A stretch of DNA of 63,957 nt, counting the filler, from Octopus bimaculoides (Eukaryota): NCBI RefSeq assembly GCF_001194135.2. It is 9 parts of 9 records of this genome, joined end to end, with 100 filler letters (N's around TTAATTAATTAA, not from the genome) between each part and the next. Parts side by side here need not be neighbours in the genome. Positions count along the whole stretch, not along the records: positions 11,857 to 20,612 come from NC_068998.1; positions 20,713 to 22,729 come from NC_068996.1; positions 22,830 to 47,061 come from NC_068994.1; 6 more parts are not named here. One strand, given 5' to 3'. Positions 11,990-23,929 of this stretch are shown piece after piece. The position numbers and the translations under genes are program-made. Below the pieces are notes generated by a model that saw only the letters and a program-made list of their open reading frames with translations, was not told the DNA's origin and ran no database searches. How positions within the stretch are numbered: position 1 is the stretch's first letter; each line of letters begins with the position of its first letter.

Positions 11990-12730
11990 GGAGTCAATGT
12001 AATCGACTAGTCCCCTTCCCGAAAATTTATAACTGTGTGACTGTAGTAGAAAATATTAAAACCACTTTCTGTAGAAAAAAGGCGCCTGATCCACTGATCA
12101 GGCGCTCGATTTGTTGTCCAAATCCGCTGAGTGGAATTACTAACCATTCCGTGACTGATGATACGCAGACATGCACAATGGCTGCTCATCTCTTTGACTG
12201 AGTTGCAATCCTGCATCAGACGTTGACCAAGGCAGGGTGCCTGGCATCTCGAGTGCCGTCAGGCGTTCATAGTCCTCCTATTTGGGCAATGCTGTCGTTC
12301 AACAGAAATTTAATGGTGGGTAAAAGTGACGACATTCTCTAGATATCTACGAGGGCCAGCTTGCTGGTCTGTTCCAGAGGACTTTAAGACTAGAGTGCAT
12401 AGATAATTTCCAGAAATTTCTAGTCAAGCATTCTTATCAAAGTTAGGGAAACATTGAAAGTTCGAGATAAACTCTATGGGCATGGAAGTGCTGTCAGGCT
12501 AGCCCAAGATGCATGCGGAGTGATGAAATTTCATGCACTTGTCCAGGACTGGGGTATTTCTGACGTGTGGATATACGTCGAACACTTACTGTCGTATACA
12601 GGATGAAATTGGTTACCGGCTGAGTCAATTGTGAAAATCATCCTTCTACCTTCTTCTGGCCGGGTAGGACAGGCAGTATTTATCTGTCGGTGAACGAGAC
12701 CGAAAGAACTGGAGACAGACACCTTCCTCG
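11990..12730 (-). mobile_element. Possible decayed DIRS-like (tyrosine-recombinase) retroelement fragment
   Basis: Fragments NQFHPVYDSK...PQSWT, RTFNVSLTLI and KEMSSHCACLR..SHGMVSNSTQRIWTT loosely follow the order of DIRS methyltransferase-like and integrase N-terminal motifs. Many stops; similarity judged by eye. Confidence 0.35.
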
Positions 12731-13050
12731 CTGGCCAAACCCCACATCAGTTTTTTTCAAGGAAAGTAAGGTGGAGCGAGGTGCATCTTGAACTGAAAAT
12801 TTTTCCATTCGAAATTTTGAAAACCACTACTGACATGTACGTTCTATAACCACAGCATTTTTTCCCCCCAATTTTACACAAAACTTTATTGCATGGCGAG
12901 CTTCCAAATTGTCTTCACGTCCCGACTGCATTCTGCAAACTGGCCAGTATTTAATAAAATGAGTTCAAAGTGCTGCTACAGCCGTCTCCTTCAATCTGGA
13001 ATAACAAAAGTTGACAAGTCAGCTTATTAGATGTGTAGTAGTGATACACG

Positions 13051-13435
13051 GTGGAGACGCAATGGCCCAGTGGTTAGGGCAGCGGACTCGCGGTCATAGG
13101 ATCGCGGTTTCGATTCCCAGACCGGGCGTTGTCAGTGTTTATTGAGCAAAAACACTTAAAGTTCCACGAGGCTCCGGCAGGGGATGGTGGCGAACTCTGC
13201 TGTACTCTTTCACCACAACTTTCTCTCACTCTTTCTTCCTGTTTCTGTTGTGCCTGTAATTCAAAGGGCCAGCCTTGTCACACTGTGTCACGCTGAATCT
13301 CCCCGAGAACTACGTTAAGGGTACACGTGTCTGGAGTGCTCAGCCACTTGCACGTTAATTTCACGAGCAGGCTGTTCCGTTGATCGGATCAACTGGAACC
13401 CTTGACGTCGTAAGCGACGGAGTGCCAACAACAAC
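13051..13435 (+). mobile_element. Full-length tRNA-headed SINE (family C) with 11-bp target-site duplication
   Basis: A-box TGGCCCAGTGG, B-box GTTTCGATTCC, (CAA)n tail. TSD AGTGATACACG at 13040-13050 and 13436-13446. Confidence 0.9.
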
Positions 13436-15094
13436 AGTGATACACGAAAATTACGATAATCGAGAACAGCTTCTCTTTTAATTAATTTCTTGGTAATTTT
13501 TTTGTTCCAATAATGTTAATCATCTGTAGTATATGAATTATGTGACTGTTTCTTCCCTCCTAGACCCCGACTTCAGACACGCTTCAATCTTGAAGGTTCT
13601 GTACATATTCTGCTCTTCCAGTTACAATAGTTATATAAAGCTAAAAGTGGATTTTGTTTAGTGGATTTGTAAACTCTTCCTTAGTCGCCAACAGGTGCCT
13701 CCTTTCACCTCCATTTATCTAACACGTGGGAAGCTGATTGCCACAATATAATACTTTTTATTTTGCGGTCCCCTGTAACAATAACACACTTTGTATTTAA
13801 TCCCTTCTATATTTAATTTCCATAAATATTTCCTTGCTCCATAACAATCAATGCGTTTAACAAGAGAATAGCTCATTACTACAATAAAGTATATTTGTTT
13901 TTTGCGAATAATAATAGCAAGTCGGCTGTCGTATGATTTCGTTGCTGCTTTGTTTAATTTCCATAAATATTTTCTTGAGTCTCGATAATGCGCTTGTCCT
14001 TATTGGTTGTTACATTTTCATTTATTTTAGTTTGTTCAAGCTAATACAACAGTCTCTAGTACACTGTCTATCACGCGTGACAGTGATGCAACTAATGTAT
14101 TAAGTTTTCCATAACCTACATTTGTTGTTAGCTGAAGGTGGTTTTTATCACTGTGCAAATGGGTGAGTACTTATTGTTAGGTACGTGCTCACGGACTCAC
14201 CGGTACGCAAAGATGCACTTATTGTCAGGTGAATGAGTCCCCCGGCCTAATGACTAAATAGGCCTCGTGCTTCAAGGAAAAGTTCTTGAAAGCATGAGAT
14301 TATCAGGGTAAACTATAAAGAAACTGGCAGAAGACAACAGGAAATCATTACAGCATCTTTCTCAAAGATCGGTTTTCAGACTTTAGCGTTGAGATCTACT
14401 GATCATCGTCACCTGAAGGTATAGCAGAGAGAGAGAGAGAGGGGGAGAGGGAGAGAGAGAGAGAGAGCAATAATTATGCAATTATCAGCAATTTAACTTA
14501 CCAGTCTCTAGAAGTGTTATACAAGATAGACTGATATCACATACAATAGGGATAGTTATCTTTCATTTTGTTAGGGAATAGAGCCTAGAGTCAAGCGCCT
14601 AAAAATATGTAAAAATCCCCACCTCTAACATTACTTTTGGGTTTGGGGAAGATTTGCATTGTTTTATCACTGCAAACTTTAGTCTTGGCATGATTGTGAC
14701 ACATTCTGGATAATATCGTTTATTGTTTCTAGAACTCTGTTGAATTACAGCTAATTCCCATACGGTGAGGATAAAATTTAAGTTCGCGTATAATGTAAGG
14801 GAACTACCCCTTGACCTGGTTTTAATTCAGCTAACTGTAATGACTACCTAGCAAATCTGGGAATTTTATTAACCTCTCATACAGTACTCTATTCATACAT
14901 GATAGGCCAAAAGTCATGCGCCAAAACATTTAACATTTTATCTATTTTACATTGTTGGCAGAATCGTTATACGCCGGACAAAAATGCTTAGCTGACATTT
15001 CGACCGTCGCTACGTTCTGAGTTCAAAGTCCACCGAGGTCGACTTTGCTTTCCATCCTTTCGGGGCTGTATATATAGATATATATATGTATGTG

Positions 15095-15290
15095 TGTTTG
15101 TGTGTCTGTGTTTGTCTCCACACCATCGCTTGACAACCGATGCTGGTGTGTTTACGTCCCCGTAACTTAGCGGTTAGGCAAAAGGGACGATAGAATAAGT
15201 ACTAGGCTTACAAAGAATAAGTTCTGGGGTCGATTTGCTCGACTAAAGGCGGTGCTCCAGCATGGCCGCAGTCAAATAAGTAAAAGAGTA
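15095..15290 (+). mobile_element. Family A SINE, 3' half (other 3' halves at ~15787-15995 -, 16415-16612 +, 27338-27545 -, 38410-38570 +, 61795-61960 -)
   Basis: cgcttgacaaccgatgctggtgtgtttacgtccccgtaacttagcggtt...ggcggtgctccagcatggccgcagtc. Confidence 0.85.
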
Positions 15291-18200
15291 TAAGGACTAA
15301 AGTTACTAATGTTTTTGAACGGAAATTCTCTCTCTCTCTCTGTCACGTGTGACAGAGAGAGAGAGAGAGAGAGAGAGAATCTTAGTAGTTGGTGAATTTG
15401 GCATCAATAAAAAAGTAGACTGAAAACAATTGCAAATATCTTCGTCATTAAGACAATAGCATAACCAGATTTATCTCCCTTGCATCAACCGACCTAATAA
15501 CGTACATTTATTTGAAAAACAAGAGTAACTTCAGTTTAAGTGAAATATTAGATGAATCAAAGATTTTCGGTATTTTTTTCCTTTGATAGATGATAGGAAA
15601 ACTTTGAAGGTGTTGTTTACTTCACTAACGATTACTCTCTGTTTAAGCACAAGAGCTTCTAACCTCGGAAATATCGTAGATATATTTACGCGACAATGCA
15701 ATTAGATTTACCTCCCTTGCACTCGTAATATTCCACGATTTTTCCTTTGCGTAAAATGTTTCCGACACGAACCGTCATTGGATTATTTTTTATTTGTTTC
15801 AGTCAGGTTGTAGCCATGCTGGAGCAATGCCCTGAAGGGTTTATTAGGAAAAAATCGACTCTGGCACTATTTTCTTTTCTTTTTTGTTTTATAAAGTTCG
15901 ATACTTATGGTATAGGTCTTTTTTGCCGAACCGCCAGATTGAACAGGGACGTAGACAAACCAACACTGTGAAGCGGTGGTGGGGATAAACAGACGTAAAC
16001 AATCGTGGAAATCATGAGTGACAACGACAAATATTGGAACTACAGTGCAATATGAGCTCCGAAAGAGCGATAAAGACAACACAGCTAATTTCGTGATTTT
16101 GTTCACTAAGCTACGCTACTTTATGGTGTGTATCTTAACATTTACTGTACGTATTTTAATACGATTTTATATGCTTTTATTTTTATTGTACAGTAACCCG
16201 ATTTTATGTACTTTTAACGGTTTTCTAGTGATTTTTACGATTCCAATATTTGTGGCGGACAGACGTAAAGTCGAGTAAAATGACTTGATTTTCATTTTTC
16301 CATGTATTATTTTTGAAAACTGACTTATAATCGAGAATTAACTTATATCGAAACGATTTAAGCTGAGGTATACCTATATATATATATATATACATACACA
16401 CATGTATATCTATGTGTGTGTGTTTTTGTTTCTGTGTTTGTCCCACCACCACTGCTTGACAACCAGCATTGGTGTGTAGCTTACTGTTTCAGCCGAAGAG
16501 ACTAAGTACTAGGCATAAAACAATAAGTACTGGGGTTGATCCATTTGACTAAAAGTCTTTTAAGGCAGTGCCCCAGCATGACCACACCCTAATGACGGAA
16601 GCATGTAAAAGAATATGTATCTCTTGCAAGAAACAACTAGGTTTCTTTCTCTGACATTTTATGTAGTTCAACTTATACAAGTAAATGTGTGATAAAGAAA
16701 GTAGGAATTTTGAAAGAAGTTTCTATAAAACTAGTGTTTTAAACATTGAATGGCTATGGGGGTCCACCAGAGTAAAATAAGGTCCATAGACAAAAAAAAT
16801 GGTTGGTAACCACTAGACCAACCACCTTCAACTGAAAGGAAGAGAGATCAGTTCAAAACAAACAAAAAAAAAACACAACACCACATTAATAGTTAATGAT
16901 TGTCAATCTTTATTTGCAAATCATAATAATGAAAATAATAATTTCAAATTTTGGCACCAGGCCAACAATTTTTTTTTTGGGGGGGGGGTNNNNNNNNNNN
17001 NNNNNNNNNNNNNNNNNNNNNNNNNNNNNNNNNNNNNNNNNNNNNNNNNNNNNNNNNNNNNNNNNNNNNNNNNNNNNNNNNNNNNNNNNNNNNNNNNNNN
17101 NNNNNNNNNNNNNNNNNNNNNNNNNNNNNNNNNNNNNNNNNNNNNNNNNNNNNNNNNNNNNNNNNNNNNNNNNNNNNNNNNNNNNNNNNNNNNNNNNNNN
17201 NNNNNNNNNNNNNNNNNNNNNNNNNNNNNNNNNNNNNNNNNNNNNNNNNNNNNNNNNNNNNNNNNNNNNNNNNNNNNNNNNNNNNNNNNNNNNNNNNNNN
17301 NNNNNNNNNNNNNNNNNNNNNNNNNNNNNNNNNNNNNNNNNNNNNNNNNNNNNNNNNNNNNNNNNNNNNNNNNNNNNNNNNNNNNNNNNNNNNNNNNNNN
17401 NNNNNNNNNNNNNNNNNNNNNNNNNNNNNNNNNNNNNNNNNNNNNNNNNNNNNNNNNNNNNNNNNNNNNNNNNNNNNNNNNNNNNNNNNNNNNNNNNNNN
17501 NNNNNNNNNNNNNNNNNNNNNNNNNNNNNNNNNNNNNNNNNNNNNNNNNNNNNNNNNNNNNNNNNNNNNNNNNNNNNNNNNNNNNNNNNNNNNNNNNNNN
17601 NNNNNNNNNNNNNNNNNNNNNNNNNNNNNNNNNNNNNNNNNNNNNNNNNNNNNNNNNNNNNNNNNNNNNNNNNNNNNNNNNNNNNNNNNNNNNNNNNNNN
17701 NNNNNNNNNNNNNNNNNNNNNNNNNNNNNNNNNNNNNNNNNNNNNNNNNNNNNNNNNNNNNNNNNNNNNNNNNNNNNNNNNNNNNNNNNNNNNNNNNNNN
17801 NNNNNNNNNNNNNNNNNNNNNNNNNNNNNNNNNNAAATGCTGCAAAGCACTTCATGAAGAGTTACATCAATCCTTATAAAATATTATTATTATTATTTCT
17901 TTTAGCTTTAAAAGCAGAGTGTTCAAAATTTTCCATCAGTGTTTTTTCTTTGTTATAAAGATATTTCTTAAAATGGCAAGTTTTTGGACAAAAGCATAAA
18001 TACAATACTTTTCATTTTTTGTTTTCTTTAATCCTTTTTCATTTGGTACCATATATCAAGGATACAGTCCATAGCAGTTTTCAATTAGTCCCTCGTGCAA
18101 CAGACAAGAAAGGTTAATGGGTAGATGAATTGGGAAGGAAAGAAAGAAAAATTTAGTTATTGCAATTATTTTTTTTTATTTTTAATCTAAATTGTTACCG

Positions 18201-19045
18201 CTTCTAGATAATATACAATCCAGTGGGGAAAGAGAAAAAGACCATTTGAGGCAAAGTGCTGACTTTAGCATAGACTGATCTGTTGAGGGTGGTTATGGTA
18301 TGTGAACACTGATTGGAATGATAAGCTGTTGGCAAGGTGAGGTGGCAGGGTGATACAATAATTTCAATCACATTTTGTTTTCCTCTCATACAAGTAACCT
18401 GATAAATCCTTTCACAGTGAAAAGAAACAAAAAAACGTTTGCTTCAGATGCCCTTATTTGACACACTATATGAGAACAAAAGTCTTCAATATTGACTCAT
18501 AACAGCATAAGGATTAAGAAGCAATGTTTTTACTTTGAGAGGGTGCAAACAATAGTAAGGTAGGGTGTGGAATGTGTATTTAGGTAGGGCTGGAATAAAG
18601 CTGACGTTTAATAAATCACAGGGAACAGGAATAAAAAAATAAAAACCTATCCTAACACACACACATTGGTATAAAGTTTTGACACAAGGCCAGCAATTCC
18701 AGGGAGGGAGTAAGTCGATTACATTGGTCCCTAGTGCCCAACTGGTACTTATTTTATCAACTCCCAAAAGAATGAAAAGCAAAGTGGACCTCGGCAGTAT
18801 TTGAACTCAGAATTTACAGGCATGAAATGCCACTAAGAGGGACGATGTTTTGGGTGGAAGGGCTGGGCATAGTAATTAGTGTGGGGCCTGGAGTGTGGTA
18901 GGACTTGACAAAACAAAGCTGACGGGAAGTGGTGTGTGCATCAGGAATGCTTGAGTAAGGTATGGCATGAACCCACCCAGATGTGAGGAGTAGAAGGGGG
19001 CCATTATGTATGCCTTTTATTATTTTTCTTAAGATGCTAGACTAG

Positions 19046-19297
19046 AGGCTCTCAACCAGGTCCTTATGACCCCTGGGGGTCCATATAAGATGTTAATATT
19101 TATGTGCAATATAAACTGGTTATATTTCTATAATACACAAAATATTTAAACAATTCTTTTATACAATACCTAACAATATTTAATCATAAAAATATAATAG
19201 TTTTTAGACATTGTATGACTAGAAGGATCCCATCCCACTGAGTAAAATGGGAATCATAGGGGTCCATAGGCAAAAACTGGTTTAAGAATCACTGTAC
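19046..19297 (+). mobile_element. Non-autonomous DNA-transposon-like repeat (hAT-like ends); partial copy at ~16740-16815
   Basis: ggctctcaacc...ggggtccat...ggtttaagaatcactg; the ggggtcca...ggtccatag.caaaaa...ggtt...accact segment recurs at 16760-16815. Confidence 0.45.
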
Positions 19298-20174
19298 TAG
19301 ATTTGAGGGAGTTGGCTGCTATTTCAAGCAGGCTGATTAAACATGAGGAAGCTCCTTCGTTGCCTTGATAGGTGTGTGTGTATTTGAATGTGTGTGCGAA
19401 ATATGTACACAAAATGAGAAAACCCACATTCGTACTTATGAAATCTATATATTCTATTCCGTTCACCTATTTTTGGTCCACTGCTGAATGCAGAAGAATC
19501 AGCATTGCATGGTCAGCTTGTCTATACTGGTTGTGGGCCTATTATCTATGTTGGCCAGTTTTGTAGGGTTACTTCTGTGACCAGGTTGATTTACCGCTAG
19601 TTGTTGGCACCTAGGTGGAATTTGAACTCAGAATGCCAAGAGCCAGGGCAGATATGGCAGAATATCTCACCCGACCTACTAACAATCTTATAAATCTGCA
19701 ATTCTCATTTTATCAATCCTGTAGAAATGAAAGGCAAAATTAACCTTGGCAGGATTTGAACTCAGATCATAAAGAACTTCAATAAACACTGCAAAGCATT
19801 TCATCAACTACATTTACATATTGCTTTTTGTTCCCTACATTTTCTTTGATTTTCTGTTTTGTGTTAGAATTGATTCCTCATTCATCTTCATTGTTTTTAC
19901 ATCCACTTTTCCAATGCAGACTTGGGTTGGGTGAAACTTTTGAGGGGCAGTATTTTATGGCTTAGATGCTTTTTATGACACACACAGATGCTGAGTATTT
20001 ATTTTCGTCAATTATACCTTAGCTGCAGGATGAGTGTCCTTCTGTGAACCACTCAATCAAGAAGTGGTAAACAGTGTTTAGTTTTCAGCTAAAATGGAGG
20101 TAGATGGAGTGAATGTGTCACACTTGTTCAGCTAATATTTCTGTGTTGTAAAGTCAGGGATCTGACAAAACTAT

Positions 20175-20612
20175 TGGACAGTGCAGAGGATTTGGAAAAA
20201 GTTGGAGGAATCTAATAGTGATTACGAAGGTATGGCAGCTCGGAAAACCCACTCTGATTGTTCTCATAAGAAAAGAACTCCTGAATTTGTTGGTGAGATC
20301 CAGGCCATGATTAACAACAATCCCTCCAAGTCAATCAGGTCCATTGCCAGGAACATGAGAGAGTCTGAGTTTCTTATCAGGCAAGTAGTGCATAAAGACA
20401 TTCGGTATTCCTCATACAAAATGAGAAACAGCCAATTTTCATCCCAAGCCATCTAGGACAAGAAAGACCGCACTACAAAGCTTTTGAACAAACTCAAGCA
20501 TCCCCCTCCAACTAAACATGCTTTGGTTTTTCTCAGACAAGAAAAATTTCTGTCAGGATCAGATGGTGAGCACACAGAACGACCGTTGGCTTGCCGTGTC
20601 CCCAAAACTTAT
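20175..20612 (+). mobile_element. Tc1/mariner (maT/DD37D-like) transposase fragment
   Basis: KRTPEFVGEIQAMINNNPSKSIRSIARNMRESEFLIRQVVHKDIRYSSYKMR (HTH-like), then KLLNKLKHP / LWFFSDKKNFCQDQMVSTQNDRWLA (region of the first catalytic D). Contains stop and frameshift; cut by a spacer. Confidence 0.85.
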
Positions 20613-20712
20613 NNNNNNNNNNNNNNNNNNNNNNNNNNNNNNNNNNNNNNNNNNNNTTAATTAATTAANNNNNNNNNNNNNNNNNNNNNNNNNNNNNNNN
20701 NNNNNNNNNNNN
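20613..20712. other. Artificial scaffold spacer
   Basis: Same 44+12+44 structure. Confidence 0.95.
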
Positions 20713-20803
20713 GAGAGAGAGAGGAAGTGAGGGAGAGAGAGAGGAAGTGAGGGAGAGAGAGAGGAAGTGAGGGAGAGAGAGAGGAAGTGAGGGAGAGAGA
20801 GAG
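20713..20803 (+). repeat. 20-bp minisatellite GAGAGAGAGAGGAAGTGAGG x4
   Basis: Direct reading. Confidence 0.9.
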
Positions 20804-21212
20804 ATGGAGTAGAGAGGGGTGGCGATCTGAAGCTGGTTATTTTCTTTTTTATATCTGATTAATTAATACACTTCGAGCCCTAGACTAAATTTGAAAAAAA
20901 AAAAAAGAAATGAATAAATAAATGAAATAAAAGATCAAAAAATTAAATTAAATTGAAAAATAAAAAATAAATTAGCTGTGGTTTGTTTAGCTCCCACGAT
21001 CAAGTAATCAATATCTTGATTGAAGATATTCCAGTCGTAGGGATCGAAACCGGCACGAAATTATCCAACATGGACTCTGTTTATTTATTTATTTATTATT
21101 GCTTCTAAGACAATAAGATGTAATGTTTAATGTGGATACGGTTGCTATTTCTAGCAGATCGAGCAGTTGTGTAAAAAAGGGCGAGAGTCGTTACTTTGCT
21201 GCTAGTTTTACT

Positions 21213-21253
<41 letters not shown>

Positions 21254-22317
21254 TGTTGTTGTTGTCTAGCGGTGGGTCAGCTGTCATCGAGCAGAGAGAG
21301 AAACGTACGTTATAAATTGTGAGTGTTCCCAGTGCCCTCTCCGTCATTATCAAACTGGAAGAATTGTCAGGGCTCTCTCTGAGGAACATTTGACTACTAT
21401 ATCGAACAGATTGATCACTAATAGTGGTGGTGGTGGTGCTATTACGTGCAATAGTTTTAGCTTTATTGTAGAAACTAATCCCACTCACTCTCCCCCTCTT
21501 CTGCCGCCACCGCCGCCGTCTCATCAGTTTGTTTATTTAATATCAAAAATAATGGCACAATTATAGTGTTTTAATTAATGTTCAACACAAAACGTTATTT
21601 GTTTTACAGTTTTATTTTTTGGTTCTCTTTTTTTCAAGTTTCTTCTTCGATGTTGTCATTATGCTGTTGTTGTTGTTGATGTGGTGGTGTTGTCGTTTTT
21701 CGTTGTCATCGGGTCATGCATCTTGTTATTTTTATCGTCGTTGTCATATCTTGAAACTAATTATCGTTATTTGCCGTCAATTATCGACTTGTTGCAATTA
21801 CTTCTGTTGTTACAGTTGTTGTCAGCGTCGCTTAATACTACTACTACTACTACTACTAGTAGTAGTAGTAGTAGTTGCTGTTGTTGTCGTCGTACGAAGA
21901 AAAGCGTTCCAGCTTTGGTAATCCAGATTATTTTCTAAATTTATTTATCATGCAAGAAGACATCAAAAGTATCCTTTTTTTTTTCTTTTCCCTTTTTTTA
22001 TTTTTTTATAGACAATAAAGTGATTTTGGGGTAAATTTGGCTCAAGATGCCGGGCAGGTGGATCGTCGTTCCTATTCCTGGAGACATACTTTCGTTGTCA
22101 CCGTTGCTGTTGTTGTTGTCCGTGTTACCGTCTCTCTGTTGTTGTTGTTGCTGTCCTTTCTGTGTTTATTATGTTTTTCGTAATCCCTAACATTCTTCAG
22201 AAATAGGTGAAACGAAGACTACGCTTCTTTTTAACTAAACACAAGACACAACCTAGTCTTATACGCTCTCTCTTACTTTTTCTCTTCCGCTTTCACCTTC
22301 TCTCATTCATCCTATTC

Positions 22318-22351
<34 letters not shown>

Positions 22352-22529
22352 CTCTCTCTCTCTCTCTCTTTTTTTTTTCTTCTTTCTGTCTGTCTGTCGC
22401 TCCCCACCTCTCTCTGTCCCAAGTCTCGTCGTATCCTTCCATATACTGACTTCATTGTCAATTTCTTTCATTCTTTCTCTCTGTCTCTCATTTTCGTCTC
22501 TTTCACTTCCTTCCTTCCTTCCTTCCTTT

Positions 22530-22581
<52 letters not shown>

Positions 22582-22729
22582 GTTCCCTCTTTCATTCTCT
22601 CTCGCTCTCTTTCGCTCACTTTTGGTCTTCTTTCAGTCACTTTCTCCCCCACACCCCCACGCCGCCCCACACAATCCCGTACCCCTCTATTGTGGGGGAA
22701 CGAGAGAAAGCTATGCCTTCTCTCGTTCC

Positions 22730-22829
22730 NNNNNNNNNNNNNNNNNNNNNNNNNNNNNNNNNNNNNNNNNNNNTTAATTAATTAANNNNNNNNNNNNNNN
22801 NNNNNNNNNNNNNNNNNNNNNNNNNNNNN
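22730..22829. other. Artificial scaffold spacer
   Basis: Same 44+12+44 structure. Confidence 0.95.
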
Positions 22830-23125
22830 ATATATCTATCTATATATATATATATATATATATACATATATAGATATACACATACATACACACAGACACA
22901 CACATACACACACGCATTCACCTTTGGGTATAGGTAGTAAGTGCTAGAACATACTCTGTATTACATATACATTGTACCCAACGCAATATGCTCTGCATGT
23001 CAGTCATCGAGATGTGCATCTTCTTATGCAGCTAGAAGTGTATTTGTATAAACGTGTATTAAGATGTCTCTTAATGCATATGTAAATGTATGTGATTAGT
23101 CGTGCAAATATATATGTCTGTTCTA

Positions 23126-23182
<57 letters not shown>

Positions 23183-23408
23183 CTTTATTTGTGGGTTATC
23201 TAATCTACTTACGGTTTCATGTAGAGAGAAATATTTGTGCAATTTTCAAGCCTCCCACATGAGAACGTTAGTACTCGTCTCCTATCTTGGACGAGGATAT
23301 ACCGAGATGGAGACGAGTACCAACGTTCCCATATACTAGGCTTAATAATTGTTGAGAGATTTCACTCCACAAGAAATCATTGGTAGACTAGTTAACACAA
23401 CAATAAGA
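23183..23408. mobile_element. Fold-back (almost fully palindromic) MITE-like element
   Basis: Left and right halves are imperfect reverse complements for ~105 bp around an ~11-nt loop at 23291-23301 (core gaacgttagtactcgtctcc / ggagacgagtaccaacgttc). Confidence 0.7.
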
Positions 23409-23531
23409 ATATTTATCTACCAACGTAGTGTTGAGCACTCGTTCTCACTGCTCTGTATCAGGGCATCACCATGATAGATCGCTAACCACTATACCTTTTT
23501 TTAATTTTCTCTCCCTGTTTATTTCTTATTT

Positions 23532-23727
23532 CTTTACTGCCCACAAGGGGCTAAACATGGAGGGGACAAACAAGGGATTAAGTGCGTAACTGGTACTTAA
23601 TTTATCAACCCCGAAAGGATGAAAGGCAAAGTCGACCTCGGCGGAATTTGAACTCAGAACGTAGCGGCAGACGAAATACCGCTAAGCATTTCGCCCGGCG
23701 TGCTAACGCTTCTGCCAGCTCGCCGCC
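23532..23727 (-). mobile_element. Near-consensus family B SINE (diverged copies at ~9290-9440, 11860-12060, 14955-15070, 18670-18835, 19600-19800, 29445-29580, 37540-37718, 57440-57590)
   Basis: GGCGGCGAGCTGGCAGAA.CGTTAGCACGCCGGGCGAAATGCTTAGCGGTATTTCGTC...CTGAGTTCAAATTCCGCCGAGGTCGACTTTGCCTTTCATCCTTTCGGGG. Confidence 0.9.
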
Positions 23728-23729
23728 GT

Positions 23730-23871
23730 CTCCCTGTTTATTTCTGTGTTCCTTTCTGACGAAGAGCGTAGGCTCGAAACGTAAAAGACTTTCTCACTTC
23801 CGGAGCGTTAAACTAACACATCTGTTTGTCGTTTACACACCCGTTTTCGTCTTTTGCTTTTGTGTAAATTC

Positions 23872-23877
<6 letters not shown>
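23730..23877 (+). mobile_element. Second copy of the Penelope-tail-like short repeat
   Basis: Same motif order as 170-345 and 40790-40942; ends in (TA)n. Confidence 0.6.
23752..23787 (+). ncRNA. Minimal type I hammerhead ribozyme-like motif
   Basis: CTTT CTGACGA A GAGC gtag GCTC GAAAC GTA AAAG: intact core, 4-bp stem II, 4-bp stem I, GUA triplet. Confidence 0.6.

Positions 23878-23929
<52 letters not shown>

Noticed and set aside
13051-13125. tRNA gene
   Set aside because: The tRNA-like part is the head of a SINE: it continues into SINE body and tail, has a TSD, and lacks an acceptor stem and Pol III terminator. The same applies to the other SINE heads and to the fragment at ~23430-23500.
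18204-18389. Exon candidates on both strands near 18.2-18.4 kb
   Set aside because: Equally plausible readings on either strand, with no homology or partner exons to choose between them.
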